From Vibrio proteolyticus NBRC 13287 (lineage in GTDB: Bacteria > Pseudomonadota > Gammaproteobacteria > Enterobacterales > Vibrionaceae): DNA of 24,000 nt. The number at the start of each line of letters is the position of its first letter. The first letter of the stretch is position 1. The stretch spans positions 158,798 through 182,797 of the forward strand of contig NZ_BATJ01000005.1 in assembly GCF_000467125.1 (NCBI RefSeq), read 5' to 3'. Below are positions 19,002-24,000 of this stretch, one piece after another. Both the position numbers and the translations under genes were made by a program. The notes under the pieces are model-generated. The model saw only the letters and a program-made list of their open reading frames with translations, was not told the origin of the DNA and ran no database searches.

Positions 19002-20656
19002 TGATGAGACATCCTATTTTGAAACTGATCACCGCCCTTCTCCTGGCTGCCAACCTTTTCAGTCCGGCAAGTTATGCCGCGACCGTCTGGGCAAGCGTCA
19101 GTAAAAACAAAGTCGCCAAGAACGAAGTATTCCAATTGAGAGTCGTGACTGACCAAAAAGCCAGTGCGGACGCCATTGATTTCAGTGCGCTTGAAAAAGA
19201 CTTCTATGTGGGTCGACCTGGGTTTGGCTCTTCGGTCAACATTATCAATGGTGACCGAACCGTGCGCAGCGAGTGGAACGTGTCGCTGGCCGCTCAGAAG
19301 CTTGGAAAAATGATCATTCCTGCGTTTGATATCAATGGCGATAAATCTCAACCGATTGCGATTCAGGTTACCATGGACGAGCAGGATCCTAACATCGCCG
19401 ATCTGGTTGAAATGCGTGCCAGCCTCAACAACAGCGACCTCTATCCTAACGAGAGTGCCACGCTGAAAACCCGCTTGATCATCAAAACCGATCCGCGCCG
19501 TTTGCAAAATCCTCAAGTCGAGCCTCCCGCAGTTAATGGCCTCACGTTGACACAAATCGGTGAGCCCAACCAATATCAAAGCGTACTCAATGGTGTTCAG
19601 GTTACCGTGGTGGATCAAAATTACCGCGTCACGGCCGAGAAAGCCGGAGAGTATCAACTGAAAGGTCCATCGTTCAAAGGAGCAGTGATTTACGGCAGTT
19701 CAATGACCGGAACCACCAAAATGATTAATGTCGATACCGCTCCGAAGCAGTTCGACATTTCGGTGCGACCAAAACCGGCTGGCTACAAAGGTGTCTGGTT
19801 ACCCACGACTCAGCTGACCCTGCAACAAACCTGGACCGACAGCAGCGGCAATCCGGTAGCAGCAGATGTTACCTACCCTACGAAGATCGGAGACGCACTT
19901 ACCCGAGAGATCACATTGGATATCACCGGTCTCAGTTCAGAGCGCTTCCCGGATATCAAAGTAAACTACCCGGATACCATCCGGGTCTACAGTGAGAAAC
20001 CGCAATTCAGCGAACCGAAAAACGGCGTAACCCGTATGACGTTAAAGCAGGTGTTGATCCCACAAAGCACGGGAGATATCCCGCTCAACAGCATTTCAAT
20101 CAACTGGTGGAACAGCAAAGCCAAGCAGCAGAAAACCAGTAAAATCCAAGGCCTGACACTGAACGTGTCACCGGGTGAAGCACTCAATGCCGCGCCGGCC
20201 AACTTTTCTGCCCCTGTGGCAGCAACGCCTGCAATCTCACCAGAAGTGCAAACCGTCACCGTAAAAGATCGTGGTATCTGGCCGTATCTCACTGGATTAT
20301 TTGCGGCGCTGTGGCTGATCACCGTCATCATCGCAATAAAAATGCGCCGTACGCCGCGTGCCGTTAAACCTGAGGTAGCGACAGCATCGGGGTCGATCGT
20401 TGTTCAGGTAAAACAAGCGCTTGCTCAAGGCGATACCATTCGCGCTCAGTACTGTGTTCATCAGTGGATGACAGAGCTGCCGCTGAGCCAAGAGGAGCAG
20501 CGTGATATTCAACATGAACTGGATGCGATGAATGCATCGAGCTTCAGCTCGTCACCCTCTCGTTGGCAGCCCTCCGCCTTACTAAAACGACTGGCTAAAT
20601 TGGACAAACGTCAACGCAGTGCATCGTCATCACCGGACCAACTGACCCACCTTTAA
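19001..20656 (+). CDS. BatD-like (oxygen-tolerance family) exported/membrane-anchored protein
   Basis: This is the 551-aa reading from ATG 19001, which overlaps the upstream TAA (TAATG). It has a signal peptide (ILKLITALLLAANLFSPASYAA), a long beta-rich ectodomain, one C-proximal TM (WPYLTGLFAALWLITVIIAI) and a cytoplasmic tail. Confidence 0.8.
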
Positions 20657-20679
20657 ACCAATAGCGCCTGCGCGCACAA

Positions 20680-20720
20680 AACGGTGTATCAACCTTAGCG
20701 TTGTTACACCGTTCGTTTTA
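20680..20720 (+). terminator. Rho-independent terminator ending the MoxR-BatD operon
   Basis: A 9-bp stem aacggtgta/tacaccgtt (with possible inner aac/gtt pairing) is followed by cgtttta. The U-tract is modest. Confidence 0.6.
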
Positions 20721-20757
20721 AACTTGATGCCATCTTGTTTCCATCATCGACATCCAC

Positions 20758-21060
20758 ATGAAAATCATCGCTGTAACCGCTTGCCCAACCGGCATTGCCC
20801 ACACATACATGGCCGCTGACGCACTCAAAAAAGAAGCAACCAAGCGAGGCTTGTGCCTGAAAGTGGAAACCCAAGGGGCTATGGGTATCGAAAACCCGCT
20901 CTCTGTCAGTGATATTGCACAGTGCGATCTCGTCCTTATCGCCTCGGACATCGACATAGAGCAACGCGAACGTTTCCATGGCAGCAAGATCATGAGCGCC
21001 TCGATAGAGGAAGTGCTGACCAACGTCGTAGCCGTGATTGATCGCTGTCTGAAAGTATGA
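20758..21060 (+). CDS. Stand-alone PTS EIIB component, fructose family
   Basis: The 100-aa ORF has the N-terminus MKIIAVTACPTGIAHTYMAADAL, which contains the phospho-Cys loop typical of fructose-type EIIB. No SD is visible upstream. Confidence 0.9.
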   Translation: MKIIAVTACPTGIAHTYMAADALKKEATKRGLCLKVETQGAMGIENPLSVSDIAQCDLVLIASDIDIEQRERFHGSKIMSASIEEVLTNVVAVIDRCLKV

Positions 21061-21845
21061 TTGTCAGTCGCATCACATTCTGCCTGCCTGGAGACGGTGT
21101 TCCCGGATGGCAGTTGAGCGAACTGAAAGGGCTGGCGAGTCTATTTCGTTCAGTGGTGGTGTGGATCAACATCACTCAGAGCCGCCAGGCGAATCTTGAA
21201 CACGGGCTAAAAATGCTCAGCGTCAAAAACTGCCGTTATGATCTGTGTCAGCTAGCCATCGAAGGTTTGGACGCCGAACTGGCGTGTATGGTGCTGACAG
21301 AGTACATCAGCGAAAAATTCGATCTGGTTGCCACCACACATAACAGGAAGCGCATCGCTGCCTACCAGCTGGACAACTACCCGCCACTGCAATCCCCGGT
21401 CCCCTTCAACTGGCATTTTTTGCATTCACATCGCAATGAGACTGAGGACAAGAACCATCTGCTTGCCCAGTCCGCCATGTGCGCTAACCCCAGTCGTCAA
21501 GACGTGTTGTATCAGGCGTTGCAGGCGAGAGAAACAATCTCATCAACCTTGATCGGACAGGCACTGGCACTGCCTCATATCATGCACAGCGACGTCACCG
21601 TGCCGACAATGGTATTTCAGCGACCAAACGCACAGGTAGTTTGGCATCAGAACAAGGCACCGGCACATCTGGTCATCACTCTGTTTATCCCCTCACCGAC
21701 AGATAGGCAAACCCTGATCCCCTTTACCCGACTTACCCGTTGGTTACTCAGCGAGCCCCATCAGACACTGCTGCTGGACAATCTGGACGATTTTACCCTG
21801 CGCATCATCATCAGCCACATCATGGCGACCTATCAGCCAGAGTGA
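21057..21845 (+). CDS. PTS EIIA (type 2, Fru/Mtl/Ntr family) protein with N-terminal degenerate HPr-like domain
   Basis: The 262-aa ORF overlaps the EIIB gene by ATGA. Residues ~5-88 follow the HPr pattern (…LAIEGLDAELACMVLTEYISEKF vs HPr ISAEGEDEQKAVEHLVKLM), but GLHTRPA is replaced by GDGVPGW. The C-terminal half matches EIIA-2 (RETISSTLIGQALALPHIM; HLVITLFIPSPTD). Confidence 0.75.
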   Translation: MIVSRITFCLPGDGVPGWQLSELKGLASLFRSVVVWINITQSRQANLEHGLKMLSVKNCRYDLCQLAIEGLDAELACMVLTEYISEKFDLVATTHNRKRIAAYQLDNYPPLQSPVPFNWHFLHSHRNETEDKNHLLAQSAMCANPSRQDVLYQALQARETISSTLIGQALALPHIMHSDVTVPTMVFQRPNAQVVWHQNKAPAHLVITLFIPSPTDRQTLIPFTRLTRWLLSEPHQTLLLDNLDDFTLRIIISHIMATYQPE

Positions 21846-22684
21846 ACCATCACTCGGTATTCTGACGGCGTCAGGCCCGTGCGGTTCTTAAAAACACGAA
21901 AAAAGTAATTCACATCCTGAAAACCGCAACGCGTCGCCACTTCTGGCAGGCGAAAGTCATAACGTTTGAGCATGAATTTCGCACGCTCAATCCGCACCCA
22001 GGTAATATAATCAGCCAATGTCATATGCCCTTGTTGGCGGAACATTCGTGACAGATGGTTTGGCGAAATATTAAATCGATGTGCAATACTCGAGCGTGTG
22101 ATAGTTCGGTGAAAGTTTTCCTGAATATAAATGCAGATCCCCTGGTAGAGATCCTCACTGCGCTTTTTGGTTGAAACGACCGGACTCTCGAGCATCGTAC
22201 TGCTGTAGCTGAGCAATGCCAGTAGCAAATGTTCATCCATCGGACGCTTGTTCGGCTCACGGGCCAGGGCATTCAGCGCTTCGAGAATGTGGTCAATCGC
22301 GTGTCCGGTCCGGGTTTGGATACTGTGTTTTCGAATGTCAAAAAAACCCTCTTCGCCTTTCTCTTTACTCACCAGACTGAAGCCGAGCTGACGGCGACCA
22401 AACAGCAGACTCAGTACCGAGCATGACTCATCCCAATGCGGTTTATTCCAGCAGTTGGGAGGAATATACAGCGCATCCCCCGAATGGATACTGACGGTCG
22501 AGATACCGTGTTCATTATCTTCCATTTCGTTCACATACGTGCCTTTGAGTACCAGCTCCAGACGAGGAAAGTTAACCTGATAACTGAACGCCGGCGGTGT
22601 ACATTGATCGCTGCCAAACCAGATACGATTGACGCTCTCTCGCTCTGCCATCACGACATCAATCACATTTTTAAAGGTATCCAC
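21833..22684 (-). CDS. AraC/XylS-family transcriptional regulator
   Basis: The 283-aa ORF has a GTG start with an AGGAG SD 6 nt upstream. It has a C-terminal double HTH (…ITRSSIAHRFNISPNHLSRMFRQQ…VATRCGFQDVNYFFRVFKNRTGLTPSEYR). It is divergent from the EIIABC gene. Confidence 0.85.
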   Translation of the reverse strand: MDTFKNVIDVVMAERESVNRIWFGSDQCTPPAFSYQVNFPRLELVLKGTYVNEMEDNEHGISTVSIHSGDALYIPPNCWNKPHWDESCSVLSLLFGRRQLGFSLVSKEKGEEGFFDIRKHSIQTRTGHAIDHILEALNALAREPNKRPMDEHLLLALLSYSSTMLESPVVSTKKRSEDLYQGICIYIQENFHRTITRSSIAHRFNISPNHLSRMFRQQGHMTLADYITWVRIERAKFMLKRYDFRLPEVATRCGFQDVNYFFRVFKNRTGLTPSEYRVMVHSG

Positions 22685-22995
22685 CGCACTCTCCTACCCA
22701 AACAAGGTAGATACTTTAGTCCAACCTCATAGCCAATACCACAACCTTACTTTTAATACCGACATATTCAAAATATCAAAAAATCAATTTATCTAACTGT
22801 TTTTATTGATTTTTAAAACCAAACAATAACCATCCATTTAACTCAACGAAAAGAGATACAGATCACGTTTAAAGTTATAGGTTACAATAATCCAGTAAAT
22901 GCATCTTTTCTTCACTATATGAAGTGCGTTTGCGGATCCACAATGTCAGCATCAAATAACAAAACAACAAGAATAATCCTACGGGGGTGTATGAC

Positions 22996-24000
22996 ATGAT
23001 CACTCAATTGATCAATGAGGACCTGATAAAGCTGGACCTCACCGCGACCAGCAAAGACGACGTTTTTGCTGAACTGATCGATGTTCTAGCAAACCAGGGG
23101 CGCATCAACGACAAAGCCCAGTTTCTGTCGGACATCAAAGCCCGAGAAGAGCTGGGAAATACCGGGTTTGAAGACGGGGTCGCCCTGCCACATGCGAAAA
23201 GCGCTGCTGTGGTAGAGCCGGCGGTCGTCATTGGTGTGAGTCGTCAGGGGATCGACTATGGCGCCGAAGACGGGCAACCTTCTCGCTTATTTTTCATGAT
23301 TGCATCACCCGACGGTGGTGCCAACCACCATATTGAAGTTCTGGCCGAGCTGTCGTCCAAACTGATTGAGGACGGATTTATTGAGCGCTTCCTCCAGGTT
23401 GATACGCCTTCCGATGCATTAGCCCTGTTGTTACAAAAAGAGAGTACGCCAACGGATTTGCCACACGCCACTAACGGTTTCATCATCGGTGTCACTGGCT
23501 GCCCTGCCGGCGTTGCTCACACCTATCTGGCGGCCGAAGCCCTGGAAAAAGGGGCGGCGGCGCTGGGCTATGAAGTCAAAGTTGAAACCAATGGCTCCAT
23601 CGGGGTAAAAAACAGCCCGACTGCGGAAGACATTGCCCGTGCCGATGCGATCGTTGTCGCCTGTGACAAACAGGTCGACATGACCCGCTTTGCGGGTAAG
23701 CGCGTAATAGAAACAGGGGTCAAAGCACCGATTCGCGATGCTGAAGGTTTGATCAAACAAGCGCTGTCTGCCCCGACTTACCAAGCGGATGCGTCTGCAA
23801 AGCCTCAGGAATCTGCCGCCAGCAAAGCCTCTCAGGCACGCTCGGATCTGTACCGCTACCTGATGAACGGGGTTTCTCATATGATCCCGTTCGTTGTCAC
23901 CGGCGGCCTGCTGATCGCACTGTCGCTGGCCATCGGTGGCCAACCGACTGAAGCGGGCATGGCTATTCCGGCTGGCAGTATGTGGCAAAAAGTGCTGGAT
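22996..24000 (+). CDS. PTS fructose-family EIIABC transporter (5' part; continues past window end)
   Basis: The frame is open from ATG 22996 to the window edge (335 codons), so it is absent from the ORF track. It has an EIIA-2 domain with GVALPHAK, an EIIB loop GVTGCPAGVAHTYLAAEAL, and the EIIC start LYRYLMNGVSHMIPFVVTGGLLIALS. Confidence 0.9.
   Translation, partial: MITQLINEDLIKLDLTATSKDDVFAELIDVLANQGRINDKAQFLSDIKAREELGNTGFEDGVALPHAKSAAVVEPAVVIGVSRQGIDYGAEDGQPSRLFFMIASPDGGANHHIEVLAELSSKLIEDGFIERFLQVDTPSDALALLLQKESTPTDLPHATNGFIIGVTGCPAGVAHTYLAAEALEKGAAALGYEVKVETNGSIGVKNSPTAEDIARADAIVVACDKQVDMTRFAGKRVIETGVKAPIRDAEGLIKQALSAPTYQADASAKPQESAASKASQARSDLYRYLMNGVSHMIPFVVTGGLLIALSLAIGGQPTEAGMAIPAGSMWQKVLD

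Noticed and set aside
23431-23988. 185-aa minus-strand ORF at the right end
   Set aside because: It is antisense to the clear EIIB/EIIC portion of the PTS EIIABC frame, which is missing from the ORF track only because it has no stop within the window. The translation is Arg-rich and nonsense-like.

Overview
This 24-kb window is gene-dense and looks like ordinary core chromosome from a Vibrionaceae-type gammaproteobacterium. That organism call is an inference: several translations resemble, from memory, E. coli or Vibrio PyrC, YedI, YafP and V. fischeri LuxR. I support about 23 protein genes. I saw no rRNA, tRNA, CRISPR array, transposase, integrase or phage gene. The left third holds a GH13 alpha-amylase, a DsbA/FrnE-like oxidoreductase, DUF808/YedI, a cytosolic M14 peptidase-like protein, a divergent AraC + EamA pair, a YafP-like GNAT, an orphan AHL-type LuxR, a MOSC-FNR-2Fe2S fusion oxidoreductase, a Pmp3/YqaE proteolipid and pyrC. 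The middle holds a chemoreceptor with a sigma-28-type promoter and a trailing small acidic ORF. It is divergent from a translationally coupled six-gene MoxR / DUF58 / DUF4381 / VWA / VWA-TPR / BatD (Bat-like) operon. The right end is a PTS island: a stand-alone EIIB, a degenerate-HPr::EIIA fusion, an AraC regulator, and a fructose-family EIIABC cut off by the window edge. Four things deserve a second look. (1) The LuxR solo keeps an intact AHL pocket, and just past its stop sits a perfect CTG-N10-CAG lux-box-like palindrome in front of about 165 nt of structured, terminator-capped non-coding DNA, which could be a small RNA. (2) The Bat-like membrane module has no established mechanism. (3) The orphan EIIB and pseudo-HPr::EIIA pair looks regulatory. 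(4) A (CAACAG)n poly-Q tract lies inside the VWA-TPR gene. I found no clear-cut novel defence or mobile system. These candidates are hypotheses from reading the sequence, not database results.
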